Origin: a virus
Lineage: Duplodnaviria; Caudoviricetes
IMG/VR virus record: IMGVR_UViG_3300012940_000070
Location: 1 to 32,065 of that record
Direction: 5' to 3' (one strand)
Length of the DNA stretch: 32,065 nt
The notes under the pieces are model-generated. The model saw only the letters and a list, made by a program, of their open reading frames with translations, ran no database searches and had not been told where the DNA came from. Made by a program: the position numbers and the translations under genes. Numbering within the stretch: the first letter of the stretch is position 1; each line of letters begins with the position of its first letter. Shown here in pieces: positions 7,632-17,164 of this stretch.

Positions 7632-8917
7632 AGTGCGCGCTGCTCCGGGGTCATGAATTCCCACAGCTCGGGTTTCCCACCCCAGCCTTGTGGAGGCGCA
7701 GGGGCGGCCCATATGGCACTGTCTTCGGGGGCGTCTTTTTGCTTCCGCGTCGCCTCAAAGATGCGATCGCCAGCCTCCGGCCCGTTGACAATACGCAAGA
7801 GGGTTCGCTCGTAGTTGTCCAACTGCCTGCGGAAGTCTTCGGGTTTCGAGTTGGGGTCAATTGCGCCCGAGGCCGCGGCGAGCATGGCCCCTTCCTTTTC
7901 AGTCACGCTACCCAATGCACCGCCCGTTGGGCTTGCTTGACGCATCGCATTGAGGTTCTCGATGGTCGCATTTGCCGTCAGCACGCCAACCTGACGGCGC
8001 AGTTCGGCTGCATCGCTTTCAGAAAGATTGGAAGCGAGACCGCCAGCCAAACCGGTAGTGAAGGGCTTGTTTGCGATGTCACGGGCCAAGGCAGCAGCAT
8101 TCGTGATAGTGTCAGTTGCAATGGCGTTGCTATCTGCGCCCGCATTTGCCTTTGCGGCAGCGGCGGCCGCTTCCATTGCTGCTGGTGAGCCAGGAATAGC
8201 AGCGGCAGTCGGGAGCCCCGTGGCAGGATCGATTTTTGGTTTCCCGGTCGTGGGATCGAGTACATAGCCAAAATCGGTGCTGAGTTTGCCAAGGCCAGGT
8301 GCCCCGTCCCCAACCGTCACGTTCACGCCGCCACCGCCGACCTCATAGACGCGATTGTCCGGCCCCACTTGCCACGCCTTGTTTGGGTCAAGTCGATTGG
8401 CGGCCGCCTCCTCGGGGCTAAGCAACTTGAACCCCGGCTCGGCCTTTCCGAACTGGCCAAGCGTCTCAAAGCTGCCGGAGGTCTTGTCGGTGCGGATCAG
8501 GGAACCATCGGGAGCAAACGTGAACCCAAATTCTGGCGCCGCGGACTGATTGCGTTTGATCTGCTCCCCGATAAGCATCGAGGCAAGCTGCTGCTGGGCA
8601 TCGGAGGCCCACGGGTTGCCGAGCACGGACGAAAGATCGCCCATTGAGGCGTCGGAGCCGCCGGAAAGGATGCGGCCAAGTTCTGCATTGGCTTTGTCTC
8701 GGCCGCTGGCTGCGTCTTCCTGCGCCTTGCGGTACTGGAGGCCCCCAACAAGCGTATTGGCGAGCTGCGCAAGACCCTGCATCGGAGAACGGATATCTTG
8801 GACCCCCATATTCCCCTTGAGAAGGGCTTCGGCCATCAGGCGCCGCCTCTCTAGGTCTTGCGGAGTGTAAGAGCCGCTATCGTTTGGACCCACGATTTGT
8901 GGAAGCTGAAAGACCAT
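7622..8917 (-). CDS. Putative DNA ejection protein
   Basis: 431 aa; ERRRLMAEAL N-terminus, GALGSVTEKE motif; position in ejection cluster. Confidence 0.72.
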   Translation of the reverse strand: MVFQLPQIVGPNDSGSYTPQDLERRRLMAEALLKGNMGVQDIRSPMQGLAQLANTLVGGLQYRKAQEDAASGRDKANAELGRILSGGSDASMGDLSSVLGNPWASDAQQQLASMLIGEQIKRNQSAAPEFGFTFAPDGSLIRTDKTSGSFETLGQFGKAEPGFKLLSPEEAAANRLDPNKAWQVGPDNRVYEVGGGGVNVTVGDGAPGLGKLSTDFGYVLDPTTGKPKIDPATGLPTAAAIPGSPAAMEAAAAAAKANAGADSNAIATDTITNAAALARDIANKPFTTGLAGGLASNLSESDAAELRRQVGVLTANATIENLNAMRQASPTGGALGSVTEKEGAMLAAASGAIDPNSKPEDFRRQLDNYERTLLRIVNGPEAGDRIFEATRKQKDAPEDSAIWAAPAPPQGWGGKPELWEFMTPEQRALWK

Positions 8918-9871
8918 CTATGCCGCTCCTGCCGCCATGGGATAATTTACGGCTTTGAACCCGCTTGGGGTTGTTGCGACGGCCCACGGCCTCTTCTTCT
9001 CGACCTCCTGCGCCATCATACCGAGATGCATCATGGGCGATCCCTTGTATCGGAAGGTCTTTACAGGGATGCCGTCGGCAGTCTCTCCCACTTTGTGAAT
9101 ATCAGTCTTCAGGCGTTCGTCGGACATCATCCAGCCACCAAGCGCTGCCGACCCTAGCCCGAATAGGCCCGACATTCCGGCGTTGTAGGACGAAAGTTGG
9201 TTCTGATAATTCTGGTTCACGAGCCCGGCGACATCCGTCGCGGCCACTCCGCTTTGCGGGGTCGACGCATATTGCGGCTGCTGCACCTGTGTGCCGGAGG
9301 CTAGCCCCAGGATTTCGTTGATTGGCTGATTGCGCTCGGTCAGAGCTTCGTTGACTGCCTGCTGTCGCCCGGTGAGCAGGAGCTGGTTATAGGCATCGTT
9401 CTCGCCTTCCGAGACCGCGCGCATGGCATTGTTATAGGCTTCCGAACCGGGACGAACGCCGCGATTGAACAAATCCTGTTCAGTGGAAGCCCGGCGCTGA
9501 TCGAGCTGTGGTTGCAAACGCTTGTTGCCCAATTCCATCAAACGCGCTTCGGTGGCGTCGTTGTTCAGGCTGAACGGTTGCGAAAGAAGCTGGCCAAGCC
9601 GCTGGGATTGCGCGATGCCAGTATCAGCAAGGTTGCCCTGTATCTGGCTCGTCTTGCTGTAGAGCGATTGCTGTTCCGGGCTAAGGGTCTGGGTCGCAGT
9701 GAACCGGGGGGTTCCGTCTGACCAGGTGCCGTTCTGCGAATAGGTCAGGTTGCCATAGGGCGTGACCTGGTTGATGGCGTTTAGGCCAGTCTGCGCGACA
9801 GCGGTCTCCTTATTGGAGGCCGACTGCGCGGATGCCGTCTTGTAGGGATCTGGTGCTGATGGGGCCTGCAA
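8918..9871 (-). CDS. Putative ejection protein with C-terminal peptidase S74-like (intramolecular chaperone) domain
   Basis: Likely TTG start at 9871 with AGGAG RBS (APSAPDPY); C-terminal SDERLKTDI...GMMAQEV...VNY. Confidence 0.78.
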   Translation of the reverse strand: MQAPSAPDPYKTASAQSASNKETAVAQTGLNAINQVTPYGNLTYSQNGTWSDGTPRFTATQTLSPEQQSLYSKTSQIQGNLADTGIAQSQRLGQLLSQPFSLNNDATEARLMELGNKRLQPQLDQRRASTEQDLFNRGVRPGSEAYNNAMRAVSEGENDAYNQLLLTGRQQAVNEALTERNQPINEILGLASGTQVQQPQYASTPQSGVAATDVAGLVNQNYQNQLSSYNAGMSGLFGLGSAALGGWMMSDERLKTDIHKVGETADGIPVKTFRYKGSPMMHLGMMAQEVEKKRPWAVATTPSGFKAVNYPMAAGAA

Positions 9872-9872
9872 T

Positions 9873-10295
9873 TCACTTGCTCCTGAGCCACTTGCCTGCG
9901 TCCTCACGGAACAGCGCAAAGACCAGAGCGTCATCGTCCCTGGTGGGGCCGAAATATCGCTTCTGGGTCATTTCGAAGGTGAAACCTGCTTTCGGGAGAA
10001 GACGTCTCACAAGCTTGTTTGAGCGCCGCGTCTTTGCCGTTACGCGCGACACCTCAAGCTGCACGAAACAATATCGCGCCAACTCTCGGAGCATATCGGG
10101 CCCCAGGCTTCGTGCGCCCGCATATGTCCATTCGATATTGCCGCCGCGGTAGTAATCGTTGAAAACAGACGCCCCGACCAAGTCTCCTCTGGCATCCAGG
10201 ACGCCGATGGCCGAAAGGGGTTGGACGAACTGCACACCAAGCTGCTCTGCCGCCCATGCGGCGACAGCTTCATCCTGGCCGCCAACCAACATCAT
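9873..10295 (-). CDS. GNAT-fold protein of the podovirus tail/ejection region
   Basis: RVTAKTRRSN..VRRLL.KAGFTFE resembles the GNAT C-terminal motifs; conserved position between tail and ejection genes. Confidence 0.7.
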   Translation of the reverse strand: MMLVGGQDEAVAAWAAEQLGVQFVQPLSAIGVLDARGDLVGASVFNDYYRGGNIEWTYAGARSLGPDMLRELARYCFVQLEVSRVTAKTRRSNKLVRRLLPKAGFTFEMTQKRYFGPTRDDDALVFALFREDAGKWLRSK

Positions 10296-11902
10296 CCGAT
10301 AATGCCGCCGCGGTCATAGACAACATCGAAGCTGTTGACCTTGAGCGCCTGATAGGTGCGCGCGTTTTCACTCCATGGAACCTCAACGGTCATGCGGATG
10401 GATGCGCAGTAGCCCATCCCGGTAACACCGTTCCAATCCTGTCGCGTGGTTTCGCCGGGCCATGACGCCTGATTCCAAATCGAGCTGTCCCACACCGCAA
10501 TGGTCTCCCCGCTATTGAAGCTGATGGGATACACGAGCGCATTGGTCCCAAAATCGATATTGAGCCCCATCTGCGGAATGGTGGACAGGTTCACATCGAC
10601 GGTGATGGATGGTCTTACCGTGTTCCAGCGCTTAATCTGGCCTCGAGCGTTGTAGTAGTTGAAGGCACAGCGCATATCCGCCGTGAGTGTCTGGTTCTCG
10701 TCGCCCGCGGCCTCGTCAGCGAGCCTCACGACGCCATCATTCCCACCGAAGTAGGCGCGGTCCTGCCAGATCTCCCAAGCATTGGCATTCTGCCCCGTGA
10801 AGCGTGCCCAGGCGCCGGTTATGGTGTTCATGACAAATTGGTCTTGGACGGAGTTTTCCCCCAAAGGGACATTGAGAATGGCCATCGTGTTGCGCGGATA
10901 GCTGCTCAGCTCCCAACCGAACAGATCCTTGTAACGCTGAGCTGCGTCCGTCATGACGGGCCGGATATTGGCGGTCAGGGCTGCACGCGCCAGCGCGGCA
11001 CGGTCATAGGTCATCACCTGCGATAGTGGGAGGACGCCGTCTATCGAGATGATGCCGAGGTCGGCCCCTATCTTGCAGAGGCAGCGTCGACCGATTGGAG
11101 AACCGATGTCCGCTGTACCCCGATAGGAAATCCCGCTAGCCTGGGTTGGGTCCGTGATCAGGAAAATGGCAACATCACCATAGGACGAAACGAACGCTAT
11201 GAACTCGTTCGGCCCATCGATCGTGTCCGTAGACCAAGTCCCAATCGCCTGCAGGTAGCCGCCTTTGCGGAAATATGCGCCAACGTCAAAGACAGTCCCG
11301 GCTCCCTGGATGCTGTCGAGAGGGAGGTAAACAGCCTTCGAGGAGTCCCGAATGACCGTCCACAAACGGGATCGGTACTGCTCAACATATATCATGTCTG
11401 CGGCAGCGAACCCGGTCCCCGTGATAGCTGCCGTGGTCAAGGTCGAGCCGTCCCAGAACTGTGGCGAATCCTGACCGTTGCACATCCAGAGGTAGGAACC
11501 GCCGGTCGTGTTGAAGTTCGTGAACTGCCAACGATTGTTCGAGTATCCAGCGCCTATCGATGCAGCGCCCCCACCCGTGATATCGAAAATCTCGCCGGCG
11601 GAGGCAGCGAAAAGCTGGTCCTGTGCCTTGAGTTCGGACTGGTACCCCATCAAGGTCTCAACCGGCGATCCGGTGCCGGTATCTGCGTAGATCACGTGGC
11701 CACGCCGAAGTTCAACATAGCCAGGCTGCGGGAACCAATTGATGAGAGCAATTGCATTCTGCGGCGGCATGTTGGCGATGGGCGAGTTCGCATCCCATCC
11801 ACCCGTAGGTGACGGTATCGTTGCGCCATCCGACACGACTGCCGCAGACTGACGCTTTGCCGCGCCAGTGTACTGGCCGCGCTTGTTTGCAGTGAGGCGC
11901 AT
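10292..11902 (-). CDS. Tail hub/nozzle protein (P22 gp10 / T7 gp12-like)
   Basis: True start MRLTANK at 11902; 536 aa beta-rich; PTGGW, NWFP motifs; follows the adaptor gene. Confidence 0.75.
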   Translation of the reverse strand: MRLTANKRGQYTGAAKRQSAAVVSDGATIPSPTGGWDANSPIANMPPQNAIALINWFPQPGYVELRRGHVIYADTGTGSPVETLMGYQSELKAQDQLFAASAGEIFDITGGGAASIGAGYSNNRWQFTNFNTTGGSYLWMCNGQDSPQFWDGSTLTTAAITGTGFAAADMIYVEQYRSRLWTVIRDSSKAVYLPLDSIQGAGTVFDVGAYFRKGGYLQAIGTWSTDTIDGPNEFIAFVSSYGDVAIFLITDPTQASGISYRGTADIGSPIGRRCLCKIGADLGIISIDGVLPLSQVMTYDRAALARAALTANIRPVMTDAAQRYKDLFGWELSSYPRNTMAILNVPLGENSVQDQFVMNTITGAWARFTGQNANAWEIWQDRAYFGGNDGVVRLADEAAGDENQTLTADMRCAFNYYNARGQIKRWNTVRPSITVDVNLSTIPQMGLNIDFGTNALVYPISFNSGETIAVWDSSIWNQASWPGETTRQDWNGVTGMGYCASIRMTVEVPWSENARTYQALKVNSFDVVYDRGGIIG

Positions 11903-11907
11903 TTGGC

Positions 11908-12858
11908 TCAGACCGGATTGCCGGGACCAGGGAAGGCGCCATCCTGGATGTTCTGCGGGCCCAGCAGCCAATAGGTGTCGCGGCGTTTGGAGAGGCTGAG
12001 ATCTGGCGCCCCGCCATCCCGGGCAGCAAGGCGGGCAATATAGTCGAGGGCTTCGGCCTGCATGGCCCCATACTCGAAGCCCTTGATCTGCCACAGCCGC
12101 CACTTGGCATCGAGAATGATGGCCTGTGCGTCGATCACCGGATAGTCGGTATTGACCGTCATCCGTTCCTTGCGCACGCCGTCAGCGTCTGACGCCCAGA
12201 ACTTGGAATTGTACTCGAAGACCAGCGTCGCCGGATACGAACCCGAGGCAGTCGGCGGAGGCCACAGCCTCCAACTGAACGGGTCGGCACCGACCTGACG
12301 CCAGCGCTTGCGGGGGCCCACTGAAACGATGCCGGATCGCTGCCACTGGTCCCCCTGCGGCGACATCGGGCCCACGAGTTCCCAGTGATTGGTGCGGTCC
12401 CACATCGTACGGTTGGCAAACCATTTGAACTCGGGCGGCACTGCATAGGTGTCGCGTGCAAAGATCAGATCAACCGCAATGCCACTTTGGGTCGCAAACT
12501 GATCGACCTCGACGGTTGTCGCATCGATGACCCTCAGGACGCGCGTCGACTGCTGCAACCCGTTCCCTGATACCGCGAACTGATCTGCAACAATGCCGGA
12601 GGTGTCGGGGATATTGGATATAATCCCTGATCCCGCTATGACATCGCCGGTCGCAATGACTGGAATGCCGATTTCCACAATGTGCTGATCCTGCGACACC
12701 ACCCACGGGTGGGCCTGGTAGATTTCATCGCCCGATCGGTTGATGAGGGCGGCGAGCTGTCGGCCGCCGGGCGAGGCGTCGTCTGCAACGTCCGAAACGA
12801 AGGGCAGCCCAAGCTCGTTCGTTACCGCCTGGGCGATCTGGAGGAAGGTGAGAGCCAT
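11908..12858 (-). CDS. Head-tail adaptor (tail tubular protein A-like)
   Basis: TFLQIAQAVTNELGL N-terminus, TMWDRT and KWRL..KGFEY motifs; position. Confidence 0.72.
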   Translation of the reverse strand: MALTFLQIAQAVTNELGLPFVSDVADDASPGGRQLAALINRSGDEIYQAHPWVVSQDQHIVEIGIPVIATGDVIAGSGIISNIPDTSGIVADQFAVSGNGLQQSTRVLRVIDATTVEVDQFATQSGIAVDLIFARDTYAVPPEFKWFANRTMWDRTNHWELVGPMSPQGDQWQRSGIVSVGPRKRWRQVGADPFSWRLWPPPTASGSYPATLVFEYNSKFWASDADGVRKERMTVNTDYPVIDAQAIILDAKWRLWQIKGFEYGAMQAEALDYIARLAARDGGAPDLSLSKRRDTYWLLGPQNIQDGAFPGPGNPV

Positions 12859-12875
12859 GGAACTGCCCTGTGTGC

Positions 12876-13250
12876 TTAGGCGGAGAGGAACGAAACCCAG
12901 CGATCGGCAGCCACGCGAATGAAGATGCGTGCAAGGTTCTGCGCCAGTGTCACCGCGGCGTCCTGGGCGGACGCGTTGATGGATCCGCCAGTATGCGGAT
13001 AGATATTTGCCGCCGTCGCCGCGACATTTCGAACGATGTAGACTGACATCAGTTCGGCATTGGCCGGGAGGCGCAATCCAGTCTGTGACGCCGCAGTTGT
13101 CAGCGCTACATTGGTCACGCTGCCATTGAGAGGCGTCGCAGTTCCAGTCGTTGTGCCAGCGGCGGTGACCGCCGTTGCATCACTATATCCAAGGCGGACG
13201 GCCTGCTCCTGCTGGAGACCGACGCCCATGAGGTCTGTGGCAAGAGCCAT
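12876..13250 (-). CDS. Virion structural protein (possible head fibre/decoration)
   Basis: Ala/Thr-rich; NIYPHTGGSIN motif; head-tail region. Confidence 0.65.
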   Translation of the reverse strand: MALATDLMGVGLQQEQAVRLGYSDATAVTAAGTTTGTATPLNGSVTNVALTTAASQTGLRLPANAELMSVYIVRNVAATAANIYPHTGGSINASAQDAAVTLAQNLARIFIRVAADRWVSFLSA

Positions 13251-13256
13251 TTGGCC

Positions 13257-13862
13257 TTACTCCTGTTCAGGGTCTGTTTCGGATTTGCCCCGACCGCGTT
13301 TAGCCAGGGCGGCTTCAAGAGCTTTCATGCGCTCTTCCATCTCCATATTGCGGAGCTGGGCTTCTTCGAGCTGGCGTTCCAGATGATGGAAGCCTTTGCC
13401 CTTCTCGACACCCTCAAGGTATTTCGCCGCCCGCTCCTTCCACGTGGTCAGATACGGGATTTTCGCGCCGGCACTGTCCGGGACCTCGGCAAGAGCCTCG
13501 ATGGTGTAGACGTAGAAGCCCTTGAGGTTTTCAACGACCTCGGGCTGCGTCGGAAACAGCACCGCAAGCGGCGTGCCGCTTTGAAGCTGTTCATTGCCGT
13601 TGCTGAACGCTTCCCAGGCGCGCCGGAAACGCGCCTTGTGAAGATCGTTCACCGGTTCCTTGAAGGTGTCCTTCTCGCCAATCTGGCGGATTTCGACCAT
13701 AGGAATGGTCCGGTAGACGGGCTTGTTCTGCTGCGCGGATTCGAAGGGGTCCGGCACGATCTCGTTGATGAAGCGAGCGTACACCTGATTTTCTTTGCCG
13801 CCGGTCCACGCGGCGCTGTCGCCCGTGAACTCGTTCTGCATGTCGAAGGCAGGGAACTGCAT
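13257..13862 (-). CDS. Conserved phage protein
   Basis: GGAG RBS; GTPL and TIEALAEV motifs; coiled-coil C-terminus. Confidence 0.75.
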   Translation of the reverse strand: MQFPAFDMQNEFTGDSAAWTGGKENQVYARFINEIVPDPFESAQQNKPVYRTIPMVEIRQIGEKDTFKEPVNDLHKARFRRAWEAFSNGNEQLQSGTPLAVLFPTQPEVVENLKGFYVYTIEALAEVPDSAGAKIPYLTTWKERAAKYLEGVEKGKGFHHLERQLEEAQLRNMEMEERMKALEAALAKRGRGKSETDPEQE

Positions 13863-13881
13863 GAATGCTCTCCAAATGGGG

Positions 13882-13905
13882 GAAGGGCAGAGCCGGAGCC
13901 CCGCC
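13882..13905 (-). terminator. Hairpin after the capsid and decoration genes (possible terminator/stabiliser)
   Basis: GC-rich AGGGCGGGGC-tccg-GCTCTGCCCT stem on the minus strand; weak U tract. Confidence 0.4.
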
Positions 13906-13913
13906 CTGCTAGG

Positions 13914-14429
13914 TTACGCGTTGGTGCTGCCGTAGACCGGCCAATTGAGCAACGCCGGGGCCGAGCCCGCCGCGCCGCCATTGGCCGTTGTCAGAACGAC
14001 ACCGACAATGTTCTTGGTGCCGGTGCCAACGGCATCATCGAGTTCGCCTGCCGTGGTGGTCGTGGCGAGCTGGACATTGGCGGCTGCCGATGCCGAGACA
14101 CGAAGGCTGGTCGGGCCGAAAATCTGGGCCCATCCATAGTTGCCCTGCGCGGCCGCGTTCTGAGCAACGCCGAAGCGATCGCCAAGCGCGCCTACTGCGT
14201 TTGCTGCCATCACCGCGGTGTAGGCCTCGTCAATAAAGAGGCCATAGTTCGCAGCGGTGGCGCCACCGGCTCCATAGAGGACGTACACGAACGCAGTCCC
14301 GCTGGAGCCGAACATAATGGTGCCAAGCGCAAATGCCGGCTGATCGCCGTAGTTGCGGTCGCCTGGCGTCGGGGGGACGAAGACCTGAGTGAAGTCGACG
14401 CCCGAGCCGTAGAGAGTGCCGAAAGCCAT
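13914..14429 (-). CDS. Capsid decoration/cement protein
   Basis: Follows the major capsid gene; Ala/Gly/Thr-rich with YGWAQI.G motif; AGGAG RBS. Confidence 0.7.
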   Translation of the reverse strand: MAFGTLYGSGVDFTQVFVPPTPGDRNYGDQPAFALGTIMFGSSGTAFVYVLYGAGGATAANYGLFIDEAYTAVMAANAVGALGDRFGVAQNAAAQGNYGWAQIFGPTSLRVSASAAANVQLATTTTAGELDDAVGTGTKNIVGVVLTTANGGAAGSAPALLNWPVYGSTNA

Positions 14430-14441
14430 TTCCGCTCTCCT

Positions 14442-15440
14442 TTAGGACGGGTAGTGGACCGCCTGGAGGCGGCGGTTGCCGATAGTCATGTTGCCAGCCC
14501 ACCCGATGAGCTTGACCACGGCGTCCTGGTTGATGGAGTACCGATCCGGGTTGAGCGGCACGAAGTTGCGGTCACGGTGCGGCCGGTACCAGACGTATTT
14601 GGAGTTGAGGAACCAGGTGAAACCGGTCGGAGGTCCGCCAACCGGAACCGGGTCAGTCGAATACCCCTGGAAACCTCCGCCGAGCACGACGGGCGAACCC
14701 ATGTAGTCGAGGGTCTGGAAGCCAGCAGACGCCATTTCAGCGCTGGTGATGCGCTGGAGAGGCTGGAGGCTTTCGTTGTAGAGGCGCCAATTGGTGTTGT
14801 CGGCAACGAGCAGGTCAGGGCGATCCGTGTTGCGGATGAGCTGAACCCAGATCGTATCCCAGTACCGGCGGATGTTGGCGGATGTCGTGGCGGCGCCGCC
14901 ATTGGTCACGGAGCCGAACGAGATATTCCGCCAGAACTGCCAGGTGTTGCCATCGATGCCGCCGACCGAGTTGGTCGGGACGGATGCGATGAGCTGCTGG
15001 AGGCCGTTGATTTCCTTGGGCTGGGAGCCGTTGGAATACATCGACTGCTCGATGAGGGCCATCAGCGTATCTTCCGCGTTCTGGACGCGGCCGGTGATGA
15101 GCTCGATCTGACGCTCGACGCCGGAGTTCTGGAGTTCCTCAAGGCCCGAGATGGTCACGGCCGCGGCGGCCTGACGGATCGGGAACTCGGCGGCGCTGAA
15201 AATCTGGCTGGGCGAGACGTTGATCTGCTCGTAGCCGGAATAGAACATCGCCGTGGAGTTCTGGGCGTACTGGAGTTCCTGCCAGATGTTGGTACCGCCG
15301 TCGAATGGTTTGGCGGTCCCTCGCTTGCTCATGCGATTGAGCAGGGCAAGGTTGCGGGTGATATTGTCCTGCGCCTTCTTCGAGCGGTTCTCGATTGTGG
15401 TCGCGACAATATCCCCAATCGATGGATTGGGAGTTGCCAT
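14442..15440 (-). CDS. Major capsid protein
   Basis: 332 aa after scaffold; ATTIENRSK..DNI, FYSGYE, INGLQ, WAGNMT motifs; strong codon bias. Confidence 0.9.
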   Translation of the reverse strand: MATPNPSIGDIVATTIENRSKKAQDNITRNLALLNRMSKRGTAKPFDGGTNIWQELQYAQNSTAMFYSGYEQINVSPSQIFSAAEFPIRQAAAAVTISGLEELQNSGVERQIELITGRVQNAEDTLMALIEQSMYSNGSQPKEINGLQQLIASVPTNSVGGIDGNTWQFWRNISFGSVTNGGAATTSANIRRYWDTIWVQLIRNTDRPDLLVADNTNWRLYNESLQPLQRITSAEMASAGFQTLDYMGSPVVLGGGFQGYSTDPVPVGGPPTGFTWFLNSKYVWYRPHRDRNFVPLNPDRYSINQDAVVKLIGWAGNMTIGNRRLQAVHYPS

Positions 15441-15468
15441 GTTTGGAGTCCTTTAGGGTGAGTGCCGC

Positions 15469-16503
15469 CTAGACGGAGACGCCGTGTGCGCGGAAGGCGG
15501 CGCGGGTCGCGTCTTCCACGGTCTCGTAATCCTGCTTGGCCACGACAGGGGCGCCGGAGGGCGACCCGCTTGCAGAGATCGCACCACGCCGGGCGCGTTC
15601 TGCGGTCTCTCGTTCCTTTGCCTTCCGTGCTGCCTCGGCCGTTTGACCGGCGATGAGCTGCGTACGGATTTCAGGAGTAGCCCAGATAGCCTTGTCGTAT
15701 GCGTCCTGCATGCTGGTCGCCTGCCCCGTGGAGAGCAGATGACCCATGAAGGGACGCACAGCCTCGAAATGCTCATGGCCCGGCTCGCTGGCAAACGCGG
15801 AGATCGTCTGCTGAAGCTCGCCTTCTTCGCGGCTGTTGATGTGGCCTTCCAGTTGCGCGATGCGCTGATAAAGCTGGTTTACGGCGGAGTCCGGTCTAGG
15901 TTGTGGCTGTTGACTTGGGGGTTTTGAAAGATCAACGTTGTATGCTTGTGCTAGCCACCGGATTGCGTTTTCGGGGTCGCGCTCAAGGAAGTCGTTGGCT
16001 GCGATGAGCTTTTGAAGGCCCTCCCGCTCGTCAACGCCCGCCCTCTGCGCTGCCGCGCGAACCGGGGTGAGCATTTCGTCATACTGACGCCTCTCTTCGG
16101 ACCACTTCTGCGCACCCGAGGACATCTCGCCTTCTCGCTTGGACACCGCCTGTTGAAGGGCTGGAGAAAGCTTTGACCACTCGGCTTTCGCTTCGGCCGA
16201 CCAACTCGTTGGAGGCTGGAGAGCGTTTGAAAGCTCTGCCGGTTGCTCACTGGTTGGGCCCGCGTCGGAAACTGGTGTCGCGGACTCGCCAGGGTCGGCG
16301 CTCTCCGCTTTCGCGAACTGTCCTCGCTCATTGCGGGCGCGATCCTGGGTAGGAGGCGCATCGACCGCTTCGGCGGAGGCCTGCTCGGCAGTAATATCTT
16401 CACTTGCGCCCTTAAGCTGCTCAATGGCAGCCAGCACGTCGGCGCGCACGTCATCGTTGCCGGAGAGCGTTTCCGCTCCCGGTTGAACTTCCGTATCGGG
16501 CAT
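15469..16503 (-). CDS. Capsid scaffolding protein
   Basis: Acidic N-terminus, RARNERGQF, PPTSWS, AYDKAIW motifs; immediately upstream of capsid gene. Confidence 0.82.
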   Translation of the reverse strand: MPDTEVQPGAETLSGNDDVRADVLAAIEQLKGASEDITAEQASAEAVDAPPTQDRARNERGQFAKAESADPGESATPVSDAGPTSEQPAELSNALQPPTSWSAEAKAEWSKLSPALQQAVSKREGEMSSGAQKWSEERRQYDEMLTPVRAAAQRAGVDEREGLQKLIAANDFLERDPENAIRWLAQAYNVDLSKPPSQQPQPRPDSAVNQLYQRIAQLEGHINSREEGELQQTISAFASEPGHEHFEAVRPFMGHLLSTGQATSMQDAYDKAIWATPEIRTQLIAGQTAEAARKAKERETAERARRGAISASGSPSGAPVVAKQDYETVEDATRAAFRAHGVSV

Positions 16504-16520
16504 TGAGGGTTCCTTTAGGG

Positions 16521-16877
16521 TTAGTTCCAGCCTTCTGAGGCTGTCGATTGCTGCCCGGGCTTGTAGCCTTCTCTGAGCATGGAAACTGACTTGGCCACGT
16601 CATCCTTGGTGACCTTGTCGAAGGTGCGGTTGTCCTTCTGCACCTCGTTGCCAACCTCTTCGGCGCCGGCTGCCTTGGTCGCGGCGCGGAACGCAGCCTT
16701 GCTGTCGTAGTGGTTGTTGTCGTGCGGATGCCAGAGGTCATCTAGCCCGTCACGATCGACAAACGGGGCCGCGAGGCTGGATCGCGCGGGCGGCGGTTCG
16801 CGGTGGTTGTCAGGCCACGCGGCGATATCGTGGAACTCGCCGCAATATTTGCACTGACGGTAGATATGCCGGCTCAT
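16521..16877 (-). CDS. Conserved phage protein
   Basis: CxxC N-terminus, YDSKAAFRAATKAAGAEEVGNE motif; ATGA coupling. Confidence 0.7.
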   Translation of the reverse strand: MSRHIYRQCKYCGEFHDIAAWPDNHREPPPARSSLAAPFVDRDGLDDLWHPHDNNHYDSKAAFRAATKAAGAEEVGNEVQKDNRTFDKVTKDDVAKSVSMLREGYKPGQQSTASEGWN

Positions 16878-17164
16878 TCGAAACGCTCCGCCAGCTTCGT
16901 TTGCTGCGTGAACGCCAGATCCGCAGACGTCAGCGGTTCACCGCGCTTGGCCAGTCTCTCCGGGAACACCTCATCCCAAAGACCGGGCGTGAAATGCTCC
17001 TTAAGTGGCTCCACCGCATGGCGCATGCAGCGCATGGTTTCTTCGCGGATCGCCTTGGGCGCTTTGTCCCAGGCAGGATAATCTTCGGGGCGTCCACCGA
17101 CGCGGAAATAACCTTGCCGGAAGGCTTCCCAATAGGCGGCGCAAACGGCATCGAGAGCGGTCAC
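16874..17164 (-). CDS. Hypothetical protein
   Basis: GTGA coupling to the portal stop, fills the gap exactly. Confidence 0.6.
   Translation of the reverse strand: MTALDAVCAAYWEAFRQGYFRVGGRPEDYPAWDKAPKAIREETMRCMRHAVEPLKEHFTPGLWDEVFPERLAKRGEPLTSADLAFTQQTKLAERFE

Noticed and set aside
14430-14470. Programmed frameshift extending the capsid protein
   Set aside because: No slippery sequence at the capsid 3' end and the next gene has its own AGGAG RBS
13251-15461. 736-aa plus-strand ORF
   Set aside because: Antisense shadow of capsid-region genes caused by GC-rich codon bias; no motifs or RBS
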